Positions 11,266 to 24,942 of a stretch of 64,000 nucleotides of DNA are shown here, in pieces; position 1 is the stretch's first letter; each line of letters starts with the position of its first letter. A program made the translations under genes and the position numbers. Below the pieces are notes generated by a model, which searched no databases, was not told the origin of the DNA, and was given only the letters and a program-made list of their open reading frames with translations. This stretch comes from Moniliella sp. 'wahieum' (Eukaryota), in the NCBI GenBank assembly GCA_003971905.1, contig RSEE01000002.1, positions 806,001-870,000 on the forward strand, in the 5' to 3' direction.

Positions 11266-13738
11266 CATGCCCAACACTCGCGCCATTGCCCACCACCATC
11301 GCCGCCACGCCGAACAACTTGGGGATGGAATGTGCGACCGGTGCGGATGGGAAGCCATGCGACGCTTTTTGGCGGCCCCTGCATGACCGCCTCCATCTGC
11401 CCTCGCCGATTCTCCTGGGCCAGGGGCAACGGCGGATGCAAGCCCCAGGCCAGTTGCCGGCGAGTGACCCATCCCCCGTTCGTGGTACCACAAGGCCCAA
11501 AAGTCGACAAGACCACCAGGCCACATGTCCACATGCCCATCCCACATTTCCAAAAGGTACGTCGAACCGCACAGGCCAAACCCTTCTGGTTGGCGATTTG
11601 TAACGTGCTATATCAAGTCTATGTGTGTCTGATCGAGAAAACGTGTTTGACTCTGTACGCGCAGACCGGAAGAAGATCGATCGCAGCCGGAAACGGAGGA
11701 GAATGGAGCTTGTCCCTCCCTCGTCCGAGAAACGGGGGAGAGGATCAGGGTACTTCTGATGGTGGCGAGCAGCCCACACATGCAAAAGCTCATTCATCAA
11801 GGGGAGACATTGTTCCTGCAGCGGAGCCGGAAAAGGGAGCGCCCGACCTCTGGCCATCAGCTTTGGGTGCCCGGCGGGAGGCCCGCCCCCGGCGTTTCTT
11901 GGGATGGGAACCGTGTGGGACGAGCACGGCACGACAGGACCTGACCGACCCAGTGTCGATCGCATTTGGGGATGGCAGAGGGGGTGAGGGGGCACGAACC
12001 ACTTCGGTGCGGACGATCTGTTGGGGACGAAGCAAGGTGCGACTGCGAGCCGCTTCAATGCTGGCGACCACCAGAAGAGGGGTGACCGGAACCAGTGGAT
12101 GCGGGCCGGCCGATTCAGTCTCGGTTGACGGAGGGGACATGGAAAAGGTGTTGGTACTGGGGCGCATACATGTTCGTCAAAGACCGTGTGCGCTCTTCAA
12201 ATGCCAACCCACGCTTCTCCTTATGTTGCGGTCAAGGTATGTTCCATCTCTCCTCTCCTCCTCTATTGTTCCACTGATCTAACCCTTTTCCATTGAACAG
12301 TGGCCTTCTCTTCCTGATTGCCAAGGATGACCGTCGCTTGGCCAGTGCTATTGGGGAGTGTATTCTTTGGTCCTTGACGGCACGGTCTACACTTCGTCGG
12401 CTGCGGAAGCGGAAGGCCTGAGGTCAAGAGGAGAGGCTGCGGGTCGGATTCGGCAAGGAACTGGAGGAGCCAGGCGGCCGGGGTGGTGTCGAGCCAGTCG
12501 GTTGCAGCTGCGTACAGCTTGCCGACGACGACCGCGCCAACGGCACCGGCCAGGCCCGCACGAGCAGTGCGGGTGTTGGGCAGCGGGGGCGTCCCAGCTG
12601 GCACAGGACGAGAGGATGCATCTGAGCTACTTCAAGTGAGGATGGCCAAGATGAAATGTGTTTTTGCGCCCTTTATCGCAGACGCCTGGCTGCTGGGATG
12701 CGGGGTGGCCTGTGACGGATGATGCTGATCGATGATGGTGTCACATGGGGCCCAGGATGAATTCTCCCTGGCGTCTCGCCACTGTCTGCCTGCTGGGGGC
12801 CTGTGACGGTTGATGCTGATCGATGATGGATGGTGTCACATGGGGCCCAGGATGAATTCTCCCCGGCGTCTCGCCACTGTCTGCCTGTGACGGATGAAGC
12901 TGATCGATGATGGATGGTGTCACATGGGGCCCAGGTTGAATTCTCCCCGGCGTCTGGCCACTCGCCTGCAAGAATCCTGTTTCGGTATGTCTGACATTCT
13001 TCACCACGGGGGGCAGGGTAGGGCCTGAGGCCTGAGGGCAGTGTGCTCCCCGCCGTTGGGGTTGAAGACGTCAGGCCGCACGGCAGCAGTCGAGGCAGCA
13101 CAGTGTGCTCAAGCCGAGGCAACGGCCTGAGGCCTGAGGGCAGTGTGCTCCTCGCCGGTTGGGGCAATATTGCCGCAGCAGTGGGGGGGGCGGGGGCATA
13201 AATAACCCGGATGGGTGCAAAACTTCTTGTCTCCCTCCCACCACCTACCTTCTCGAACCGCTCCCAGAGTACCGAAATGCTGCCCCTCCCGCCTCTGCCC
13301 GAGTTCCAGTTCACCTTCCGCCTCTCTCCTCTGACCACGAGCCCGGGACTGCCATCGAACTACACCCCCCGGCTACTGGCTGGCGCCCATCATTCCCATC
13401 CGAGCATCCGAACTTCCAAGTTGGGCACAATCCCAACGCCCAGCCAGGCCCTTCGATTCTGCGCAAGAAGCCGAAGGCGGCTGAGGAGCGGGTGCTGGCG
13501 CCAGCGGTCCCCGGGCCAGGTTCGATGTCAACACGGCCGAGCCTCGCGAGACCGTGCGCAAGCGTCGCCATGGGCCGGTGGTGGTGGAGGTGCAATGCCC
13601 AGAGGTGGCGATGCAGGACGCGTGGGACATGGTCGAGGAGGAGGATTGCCCATCGGTGTTGATGCAGGACGCATGGGACATGGTGGAGGAGGTGCATGCC
13701 CAGAGGAAATGGTGGACGCATGGGACCTGGACCAATGA
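11266..13738 (+). CDS. Orphan gene(s) carried by the 3-kb unit (copy 1; copy 2 about 14271-16744); putative intron 12237-12300
   Basis: Long plus-strand ORFs (11185..12282, 14192..15283, 16160..16744). GTATGT..CTAAC..ACAG is kept in all three copies. The stop codon is followed by a T-rich 3'UTR-like tract. The exon structure is uncertain and this may be two genes. Confidence 0.4.
12708..12962. repeat. About 75-90 bp tandem repeat x3 inside the 3-kb unit (also about 15709-15962)
   Basis: gcctgtgacgg..gctgatcgatgatgg(atgg)tgtcacatggggcccagg.tgaattctccc.ggcgtct.gccact occurs three times. Confidence 0.9.
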
Positions 13739-16700
13739 CTGCCTTTGTTTTCGTTTTGTTTTCGTCTTCGTTTCGTTGTTGTGTTGATCGTTGAAGAATG
13801 AGATTGGTTTGAACCTACAATTGGTTGATAGATAGTGTTGCATAGCACGATGTGAGGCCAAGGGTATGGAAAACGGACGTCTGGGAAGATGAAGTGGATA
13901 GTGGAGAGTAGGGTTCCAGGAATGCCCCTGGGGATGAAGCTGCGAGGTATGCCCCCGCTGTGGGGGATGGCAGAGGAGGCATGAATATCATCCTCGACTG
14001 GACCTCTTGATGCGAGGGGGGACGCACCCTCACTTACTAGGAGTGCGACGTGACACGTGCGATCACATGTGACATGGGCTGTGACAGGGGCTGTGACATA
14101 GCTGTAACAGGGGCTGTGACATAGCTGTGAGATGGGCTGTGACATAGCTGTGACATGGGACGCATCCCCATGGGGGAAGCGGAGTTGAAATGTGCAATGC
14201 GAGCCCGCAGCGCGGTCGTCGGTACGCCGACAAAAGAGCGCGGCTGGAGAGAGTGGCTCGCTTCTGCCGTCATGCCCAACACTCGCGCCATTGCCCACCA
14301 CCATCGCCGCCACGCCGAACAACTTGGGGATGGAATGTGCGACCGGTGCGGATGGGAAGCCATGCGACGCTTTTTGGCGGCCCCTGCATGACCGCCTCCA
14401 TCTGCCTCGCCGATTCTCCTGGGCCAGGGGCAACGGCGGATGCAAGCCCCAGGCCAGTTGCCGGCGAGTGACCCATCCCCCGTTCGTGGTACCACAAGGC
14501 CCAAAAGTCGACAAGACCACCAGGCCACATGTCCACATGCCCATCCCACATTTCCAAAAGGTACGTCGAACCGCACAGGCCAAACCCTTCTGGTTGGCGA
14601 TTTGTAACGTGCTATATCAAGTCTATGTGTCTGATCGAGAAAACGTGTTTGACTCTGTACGCGCAGACCGGAAGAAGATCGATCGCAGCCGGAAACGGAG
14701 GAGAATGGAGCTTGCCCTCCCTCGTCCGAGAAACGGGGGAGAGGATCAGGGTACTTCTGATGGTGGCGAGCAGCCCACACATGCAAAAGCTCATTCATCA
14801 AGGGGAGACATTGTTCCTGCAGCGGAGCCGGAAAAGGGAGCGCCCGACCTCTGGCCATCAGCTTTGGGTGCCCGGCGGGAGGCCCGCCCCCGGCGTTTCT
14901 TGGGATGGGAACCGTGTGGGACGAGCACGGCACGACAGGACCTGACCGACCCAGTGTCGATCGCATTTGGGGATGGCAGAGGGGGTGAGGGGGCACGAAC
15001 CACTTCGGTGCGGACGATCTGTTGGGGACGAAGCAAGGTGCGACTGCGAGCCGCTTCAATGCTGGCGACCACCAGAAGAGGGGTGACCGGAACCAGTGGA
15101 TGCGGGCCGGCCGATTCAGTCTCGGTTGACGGAGGGGACATGGAAAAGGTGTTGGTACTGGGGCGCATACATGTTCGTCAAAGACCGTGTGCGCTCTTCA
15201 AATGCCAACCCACGCTTCTCCTTATGTTGCGGTCAAGGTATGTTCCATCTCTCCTCTCCTCCTCTATTGTTCCACTGATCTAACCCTTTTCCATTGAACA
15301 GTGGCCTTCTCTTCCTGATTGCCAAGGATGACCGTCGCTTGGCCAGTGCTATTGGGGAGTGTATTCTTTGGTCCTTGACGGCACGGTCTACACTTCGTCG
15401 GCTGCGGAAGCGGAAGGCCTGAGGTCAAGAGGAGAGGCTGCGGGTCGGATTCGGCAAGGAACTGGAGGAGCCAGGCGGCCGGGGTGGTGTCGAGCCAGTC
15501 GGTTGCAGCTGCGTACAGCTTGCCGACGACGACCGCGCCAACGGCACCGGCCAGGCCCGCACGAGCAGTGCGGGTGTTGGGCAGCGGTGGGCGTCCCAGC
15601 TGGCACAGGACGAGAGGATGCATCTGAGCTACTTCAAGTGAGGATGGCCAAGATGAAATGTGTTTTTGCGCCCTTTATCGCAGACGCTGGCTGCTGGGGA
15701 TGGGGGTGGCCTGTGACGGATGATGCTGATCGATGATGGATGGTGTCACATGGGGCCCAGGATGAATTCTCCCTGGCGTCTCGCCACTGTCTGCTGGGGG
15801 CCTGTGACGGTTGATGCTGATCGATGATGGATGGTGTCACATGGGGCCCAGGATGAATTCTCCCCGGCGTCTCGCCACTGTCTGCCTGTGACGGATGAAG
15901 CTGATCGATGATGGATGGTGTCACATGGGGCCCAGGTTGAATTCTCCCGGCGTCTGGCCACTCGCCTGCAAGAATCCTGTTTCGGTATGTGTCTGACATT
16001 CTTCACCACGGGGGGCAGGGTAGGGCCTGAGGGGGAGGGCAGTGTGCTCCCCGCCGTTGGGGTTGAAGACGTCAGGCCGCACGGCAGCAGTCGAGGCAGC
16101 ACAGTGTGCTCAAGCCGAGGCAACGGCCTGAGGCCTGAGGGCAGTGTGCTCCTCGCCGGTTGGGGCAATATTGCCGCAGCAGTGGGGGGGGCGGGGGCAT
16201 AAATAACCCGGATGGGTGCAAAACTTCTTGTCTCCCTCCACCACCTACCTTCTCGAACCGCTCCCAGAGTACCGAAATGCTGCCCCTCCCGCCTCTGCCC
16301 GAGTTCCAGTTCACCTTCCGCCTCTCTCCTCTGACCACGAGCCCGGGACTGCCATCGAACTACACCCCCCCGGCTACTGGCTGGCGCCCATCATTCCCAT
16401 CCGAGCATCCGAACTTCCAAGTTGGGCACAATCCCAACGCCCAGCCAGGCCCTTCGATTCTGCGCAAGAAGCCGAAGGCGGCTGAGGAGCGGGTGCTGGC
16501 GCCAGCGGTGCCCCGGGCCAGGTTCGATGTCAACACGGCCGAGCCTCGCGAGACCGTGCGCAAGCGTCGCCATGGGCCGGTGGTGGTGGAGGTGCAATGC
16601 CCAGAGGTGGCGATGCAGGACGCGTGGGACATGGTCGAGGAGGAGGATTGCCCATCGGTGTTGATGCAGGACGCATGGGACATGGTGGAGGAGGTGCATT

Positions 16701-19350
16701 GCCCAGAGGTGGAAATGGTGGACGCATGGGACCTGGACCAATGACTGCCTTTGTTTTCGTTTTGTTTTCGTCTTCGTTTCGTTGTTGTGTTGATCGTTGA
16801 AGAATGAGATTGGTTTGAACCTACAATGTGGTTGATAGATAGTGTTGCATAGCACGATGTGAGGCCAAGGGTATGGAAAACGGACGTCTGGGAAGATGAA
16901 GTGGATAGTGGAGAGTAGGGTTCCAGGAATGCCCCTGGGGATGAAGCTGCGAGGTATGCCCCCGCTGTGGGGGATGGCAGAGGAGGCATTGAATATCATC
17001 CTCGACTGGACCTCTTGATGCGAGGGGGGACGCACCCTCACTTACTAGGAGTGCGACGTGACACGTGCGATCACATGTGACATGGGCTGTGACAGGGGCT
17101 GTGACATAGCTGTAACAGGGGCTGTGACATAGCTGTGAGATGGGCTGTGACATAGCTGTGACATGGGACGCATCCCCATGGGGGAAGCGGAGTTGAAATG
17201 TGCAATGCGAGCCCGCAGCGCGGTCGTCGGTACGCCGACAAAAGAGCGCGGCTGGAGAGAGTGGCTCGCTTCTGCCGTCATGCCCAACACTCGCGCCATT
17301 GCCCACCACCATCGCCGCCACGCCGAACAACTTGGGGATGGAATGTGCGACCGGTGCGGATGGGAAGCCATGCGACGCTTTTTGGCGGCCCCTGCATGAC
17401 CGCCTCCATCTGCCTCGCCGATTCTCCTGGGCCAGGGGCAACGGCGGATGCAAGCCCCAGGCCAGTTGCCGGCGAGTGACCCATCCCCCGTTCGTGGTAC
17501 CACAAGGCCCAAAAGTCGACAAGACCACCAGGCCACATGTCCACATGCCCATCCCACATTTCCAAAAGGTACGTCGAACCGCACAGGCCAAACCCTTCTG
17601 GTTGGCGATTTGTAACGCGCTATATCAAAAGGCTATGTGTCTGATCGAGAAATCGTGTTTGACTCTGTACGCGCAGACCGGAAGAAGATCGATCGCAGCC
17701 GGAAACGGAGGAGAATGGAGCTTGTCCCTCCCTCGTCCGAGAAACGGGGGAGAGGATCAGGGTACTTCTGATGGTGGCGAGCAGCCCACACATGCAAAAG
17801 CTCATTCATCAAGGGGAGACATTGTTCCTGCAGCGGAGCCGGAAAAGGGAGCGCCCGACCTCTGGCCATCAGCTTTGGGTGCCCGGCGGGAGGCCCGCCC
17901 CGGCGTTTCTTGGGATGGGAACCGTGTGGGACGAGCACGGCACGACAGGACCTGACCGACCCAGTGTCGATCGCATTTGGGGATGGCAGAGGGGGTGAGG
18001 GGGCACGAACCACTTCGGTGCGGACGATCTGTTGGGGACGAAGCAGATCTGTTGGGGACGAAGCAAGGTGCACTGCGAGCCGCTTCAATGCTAGCGACCG
18101 CCGGAAGAGGGGTAACCGGACCCAGTCCGTGCGAGCCGGCCGATTCAGTCTTGATTGACGGCGGGGGCATGGAAAAGTGAAGGTACTGGGGCGCATACAT
18201 GTTCGTCGCAGAACAAGGGCGCTCTTCAAATGCCAACCCACGCTTCTCCTTATGTTGCGGTCAAGGTATGTTTCATCTCTCCTCTCCTCCTCTATTGTTC
18301 CACTGATCTAACCCTTTTCCATTGAACAGTGGCCTTCTCTTCCTGATTGCCAAGTATGGCCGTCGCTTGGCCAGTGCGAAGGGGAGTGTATTCTTTGGTC
18401 CGTGACGGCATGGTCTACGCTTCGTCGGCTGCGGGAGGCCTGAGGTCAAGAGGAGGCTGCGGGTCGGATTCGGCAAGGAACTGGAGGAGCCAGGCCGCCG
18501 GGGTGGTGTCGAACCAGTCGGTTGCAGCTGTGTACAACTGACGAACGACACCGGCGCCAACGGCACCGGCCAGGCCCGCACGAGCGGTGCGGGTGTTGAG
18601 GGAGCGCGCAAGCTGAACCGACGGCATTGGCGGGCTGCAGTCCTGAACCACTACCGGGTGTGTGCCGGAGACGGGCCCGGATTCAGGAGGATGGACTGCG
18701 TGGCCTCGGTACTACACAGCGTCCCTTCGAGGCCCTGGCCCTCACTCTTGTCATGGTCGCTCTGATCTTTTGATGCCACAACACACCGCTGCAGCTAATC
18801 CGCGGCACTGCCCAGCAAGGTTCTACCCCTCACTATTGCCATGTCCAATCTGATTTCTGGTGCACTGGCCGCGCTGATTTGGAGCAGACGCGAGGGCGGT
18901 GGTGGTGGTGGCAGCAGACTTGGGTGGCTCGGAAATAGGCTGCTGCACATGTAACCAAAGTGGGCCGGTGAACATTTCACGCACGCCGTGATGGCACCTT
19001 CAACATTCAACCTCCAACTTGAACGTTCAACGTTGGTTCCGCTGTGCCCGGGCGGAACGCTTGCTGAGCCCCAGCGCCTCAGCTGCGCTGGGTCACCTGA
19101 CCATCACGCGCGGGTAAGGGTGACCCTCGACGTGGAGCACGGTATGCAAGGGAGCGCAGGCGGCAAGCGGCAAGCGGCCAGTGTGTGACGCGCTGGTTGT
19201 GTGGCGTGGCCGTCGACATGCCACAGCAGCCCGGCGTCGCTTCTTCTGCCACCACCTCTCGGCCAGCGCGCCCGAGTCTCCTTCCCTCTGCCCGGCGCCG
19301 CCGCTCCCTCGCCCCCATCCCCTCCTTCTACGTCAGCCACGGCGCCCGCC

Positions 19351-22300
19351 ATGGCCGACAAGCCCATCGTCTTCTCCGAGCACGTCCAGCTCACCAGTCT
19401 GGGCGTCGCTCCAGAGGCCATCTCCTTCGCTACGGTCACCCTTGAGTCTGAGAACTTTGTCTGCGTTCGTGAAGATGGCTCCGTGGTCATCGTCGACCTC
19501 AATGACGTGAGCAATGTGTGCGTGATGATCTTCCTTCCCATCCATAAGCAAGCTAACCCTCGTTGCTCTCTTCCTCTCTGCAGCCTCCGCCGGCCCATCA
19601 CCGCCGACTCGGCCATCATGCACCCCACTCAGCGCATCCTTGCCCTCAAGGCGGGCCGTCAGCTGCAGATTTCAGCATAGAAGCCAAGACTAAAGTCAAG
19701 AGTCATGTGATGAACGAGGATGTTGTCTACTGGACCTGGATCAGTGAGTCCACCCTCGGACTCGTCACCGCCCACGCCGTGTACCATTGGCCAATGGAGG
19801 TCGAGGGAGACCCGACCAAGGTCTTTGACCGTCATGCATCTCTCGTCGGCTCCCAAATCATAAACTACCGCACCACCGCCGATGCGGAATGGATGGTCCT
19901 GGTGGGTATTTCGGGCAACACAGCCCCTGGAGGTTTCAAGATCAAGGGCAACATCCAGCTCTACAATAAGCGCCTCAATGTGTCCCAGCCCATCGAGGGT
20001 CACGCCGCAGCTTTTGCCGAACTGAAGACGGATGATGCTCCGAACCCCTACAAACTCTTCACTTTCTCGGTCCGCACTGCCACGGGCGCCCGCCTGCACA
20101 TTGTCGAAATTGACCACCAGCAAGGCCAGCCTGCGTTTGCCAAGAAGGCTGTCGACGTGTTTTTCCCCCCCGAGGCGGCTAATGACTTCCCCGTCGCCAT
20201 GCAGATCAGCAAGCGTTTCGGGATCATCTACCTGATTACGAAGTACGGTTTTGTACATCTTTACGACCTGGAGTCGGGGACGTGCATCTACATGAACCGC
20301 ATATCTGGCGAGACAGTATTCACCTCGGCGCCATACGAGTCAATGAGCGGTATCATCGCCATTAACCGCAAGGGCCAGGTCTTGTCAGTGGCGGCCGACG
20401 AAAACACGTTGGTGCCCTACACGCTCAACACGCTCACAACACTCAACTCGCATTTAAGTTGGCGTCGGGGGCAACCTGCCAGGGGCGGATGACCTGTATC
20501 TTCAGCAATTCAACAACCTGTTCGCTTCTGGCCAGTTTGGCGAGGCAGCCAAAACTGCAGCGAACAGTCCTCGTGGCATTCTTCGAACACCTGAGACAAT
20601 TGAGAAGTTCAAGCAGGTCCCGGCACAGCAGGGCACCCTCAGCCCCATCCTTCAGTACTTTGGCATTCTCCTCGAGCGTGGAAGCCTTAACAAATACGAG
20701 TCGTCGCTGGAACTTGCCCGCCCGGTGCTGCAGCAGGGCCGCAAGCACCTTTTGGAGAAGTGGCTGACTGAGGACAAGATTGAATGCTCTGAGGAGCTGG
20801 GTGATATCGTCCGCCTTAGCGACATGAGCCTGGCCCTTAGCATCTACCTTCGAGCCAATGTGCCCAATAAGGTTGTTGCTTCGATGGCTGAGCGGGCCAA
20901 GTTGACAAGATTGTACTGTACGCACGCAAAGTGGGCTACACTCCGGACTATGCGACGCTTCTGCAGCATATCGTCCGTCGGGACCCCGAGAAGGGTGCTG
21001 AATTCGCATCGACGCTCGTGCAGGACGAATCGGGCCCGCTGGTGGATGTTGAGCGGGTGATGGACATCTTTATGAGCCAAAACATGATCCAGCAGGCCAC
21101 ATCGTTCCTTCTGGACGCGCTCAAGGACAACAAGCCTGAGCAAGGCCATCTTCAGACGCGTCTGTTGGAGATGAACCTGGTCAATGCACCCCAGGTCGCG
21201 GACGCTATTTTGGGCAACAATATGTTTACCCACTACGACCGTCCTCGCATCGCCAACTTGGCTGAGAAGGCCGGGCTACTACAGCGTGCGCTTGAACACT
21301 ATGATGACATTCGTGATAAGGGGTCGTGGTGCACACGTCCCAGATCAACACGGAGTGGCTCGTGGAGTATTTGGGCGACTCACTGTCGAGCAGAGCTTCG
21401 AGTGCATGAAAGAGATGCTGAAGGTCAACATCCGCCAGAACCTGGCTGTGGTGGTGCAGATTGCGACCAAATCTCGGACCTACTGGGGCCAGTGAAGCTT
21501 ATTGAGATGTTTGAGAGCTTCAAGAGCTTGAAGGTTGTACTACTACCTTGGATCGGTGTGAACCTATCGACGGACCCGGAAGTGCACTTCAAGTACATCC
21601 AGGCCGCCACTCGGACCGGTCAAATTCGCGAAGTGGAGCGGATTGCGCGCGAGTCCAACTACTACAACCCGAGAAGGTGAAAAACTTCCTGAAGGAGGCC
21701 AAGCTACAGGACCAGCTGCCGCTCATTATCGTGTGCGACCGGTTTAACTTTGTGCACGACCTGGTGCTGTACTTGTACCAGAAGATGATGCCTCAGTTCA
21801 TTGAGACGTACGTTCAACGGGTCAACTCCGAGCGCACCCCGAGGTGATTGGCGCGCTGCTGGACGTGGACTGTGACGAGGGCGTGATCAAGAAACTTGCT
21901 CGCGTCTGTCACTGGCCCCTTTTCCATCGAAGATTGGTGGCGGAGGTGGAGAAGCGTAACCGGCTGAAGCTCATCCTACCCTGGATTGAAAGCCGCGTCG
22001 CTGCGGGGGAGACGGACCAAGCGCTGTACAATGCGTTGGCGAAGATTTACATCGACACCAAAAACAACCCTGAGCAGTTCCTGAAGGAGAACACTCTGTA
22101 TGACCCCAAGGCCATCGGCACCTACTCCGAGACGCGGGACCCGTACCTGGCCTACATTGCGTACCAAGGTTTCTGCGATGAGGACCTGATCCGCGTGACG
22201 AATGAGAACGGCATGTTCAAGCACCAGGCCGCTACCTTGTGCTACGTCGGGACTTGGCGCTCTGGGACGTGGTTCTGTCGTCGGAGAATGTGCATCGTCG

Positions 22301-24395
22301 CCAGCTGATCGACCAAGTTGGCGACGGCTGTGCCCGAGTCGACCACCCGGAGGACGTTTCGGTGACGGTGAAGGCGTTTATGGCAGCGGACTTGCCACAC
22401 GAGTTGATTGAGCTGTTGGAGAAGATATCCTTGAGCCCTCTGCCTTCAGTGACAACCGCTCGTTGCAGAACTCCTCCTCCTCACGGCGGTGGGACGGACA
22501 AGGGTAAGGTGATGGCTTGATTGAGCGACTGCAAGGGTATGAGGATGAGATTGCGAAGATTAACGATCGAAAACGGGCTGTATGAAGAGGCGCTCAAGAT
22601 TTACCAAAAGGCCGAGCCGAGCGCCGCTAGACGCGATGAATGTGTTGGTGGAGCACATTGTCCATTGATCGTGCGCGCTCTTTGCCAACAAGCTGGATCA
22701 GCCCGAGCTTTGGTCGCGCCTGCCAAGGCTCAGCTGGACGGTCTGCGGGTGAAGGACGCGATCGATTCTTACATCCGTGCCGAGGATCCGTCCAACTTCA
22801 GCGAGGTGATCGAGATCGCTGAGCGTGCTGGGCGGGAGGAGGAGTTGATTCGGTTCCTCCAGATGGCGCGCAAAAAGGCCCGGAGCCGCTGATCGACACC
22901 GAATATGCCTACTGCTTGGCCAAGGCGAACCGTCTGTCGGATATGGAGGAGTTCCTGAGCATGACCAATGTAGCGGACCTTCTCGCTGTCGGAGAGAAGT
23001 GCTTCAACGATGAGTTGTACGAGGCAGCCAAGATGCTGTTCACCAGCGTGTCCAACTATGCCCGTTTGGCTACCACGCTGGTGTTCCTTGGCGACTACCA
23101 GGGCGCGGTCGAGGCGGCTCGGAAGGCTGGCAACACGGCGGTGTGGAAGCAGGTTCATGCGGCCTGCCTCAAGAAGGGCGAGTACAAACTGGCCCAGATT
23201 GCTGGTCTGGCGGTGGGGTGTCATGCAGAGGAGCTCGGGGGCCTGACCCGGGCGTACGAGCGCTTGGGTCTGTTTGACGAGCTGCTCGAGCTTCTCCAGG
23301 CTGGGCTTGGACTGGAGAGTGCCAGCAAGGCCCTCTTCACTCTGTGTGCCCAGAGTCTGGCCAAGTACCAGCCAGCGAAGCTCATGGAGCACCTCAAGCT
23401 CCACTGGTCGCGCATCAACCTTCCTCCTGTTGCGCGGATGTGCGAGCAGTACGCGCTGTACCCAGAGGCGGCCTTCTGCTTGACCAAGGACTCGGAGAAT
23501 GATGAGGCGGCGATGATGACGATGGACCGGGTGGTGGTTTGGGATGACTTGACGCACGATGGGTTCAAAGACTTGATTGCACGCGTATCCAACGTTGAGA
23601 TCTTCTACCGTGCGATCAACTTCTATATCCAGCAGCATCCCCTGCTTCTCAACGACCTTCTTGTTACCCTCGGCGCGACCAAGCGTTGGACCAGGGCGTG
23701 GTGCGCATGCTGAAGAAGGCGATCAGTTCCCTCTTGCTTCGGGCTTCCTTCTCTCGGGACTCAAGCTCGACCTTCCGAGGTGAACGATGCAGTGTTTGAC
23801 CTGTTGATCGAAGAGGAGGACCACGCACAGTTGCGCTCGCTGCTCGGCACCGTCGAGTCGTTTGGCATGCTTGAGCTCGCCCGCCGCCTGGAGAGCTCGG
23901 AGCTGCTCGAGTTCCGCCGGATTGCCGTCTACCTGTACAACCGTCTCAAGCTGTGGGATGAATCGATTGCGCTGTCCCAACGGGATCGTCTGCTGAAGGA
24001 CGCCATTGCCACCGCGAGCGAATCGAACAATGTCAAGGTGGCTAAGTCGTTGTTCGAGTACATTGTCTCGCTCGGCAACTGGGAAGCAACGGCGGCAATG
24101 CTGTACGCGTGCGAATGGCTGCTGGAGGAGGACTATGTTCAGGAGCTGCGCTGGCGCAAGGGAATCCCCTCGGACTTTGTACAGCCCTACATGATCCAGC
24201 AGACGGCACGCGCAATGCGGCGCTCAAGCACTTGGCCAAGCAACTGGCCGACCTGCAAACCAAGTCTGTCCAGAAGGAGGAGGAGGAAGACAACACTCCA
24301 ATCCTGGGCCCGGGTGCGATGGGTCCTCGTATGATCACTGCTGCCCCACTGGGTTTGGGCCGCAGCCCACGGGCATGTACGGCGGCATGTTCTGA
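19351..24395 (+). CDS. CHC1: Clathrin heavy chain (intron 19518-19583; many assembly frameshifts)
   Basis: [107 protein letters not shown]. Confidence 0.97.
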
Positions 24396-24942
24396 TTTTG
24401 ACTACCGAAGCCTCCCCCCTCGTCTCCCCTACTTAATCGTTGGTGTCGGTGCACTGGAATGGTCACGTCGATGACGGACCGCCCACGTCGCCTTCCTAGC
24501 CTATTTTCGTCGTCTCTGTCCCTCGTTCGCTCGAGGCTGTTATGCAAAACATCAGACTTCTAATTTGGTACTTGACGGCGTGACGGCCTTCGAGACCAGC
24601 ATCGTAGAGCACCTGTAAAGAGGACATGGTTACCATGGTGTTGGCCAGGGCGAAGACCGAACAGAAACATTTTGCTGTCCTCAATTGGTGCGCTGCTGCA
24701 ATTCCCCCAGATTCCCCCATTCCCCAATCCAAGCGGGCGGGTGTACGAGTACGCGCGCACAACCCTACTACTAATATCAGCCGAGCCATTTTCCCCATGA
24801 ATACGGCCTACACAGTCCTCCTATGCCGAAATGCCTGATTATGTGCCGCAGCAGAAGTAACCCTACCGTTGTGCGCCTAGCCCGAACGAAGCTGACCTCC
24901 AGCGCACCATCGACGTGCCCCAGCCCACCAAGCCAGCTCAAT

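Larger units (their letters stand above)
10898..18600 (+). repeat. Direct tandem array of a 3.0-kb unit, about 2.55 copies (units start at about 10914, 13918, 16925)
   Basis: aggaatgccc(c)tggggatgaagctgcgagg recurs at periods of 3004 and 3007 bp, and identical ORF translations repeat in the track. Homology ends at cgggtgttg (about 18598). Confidence 0.97.

Noticed and set aside
12708..12962. Repeat-spacer appearance resembling a CRISPR array
   Set aside because: Eukaryotic context, the units are contiguous tandem copies without unique spacers, and there are no cas genes.
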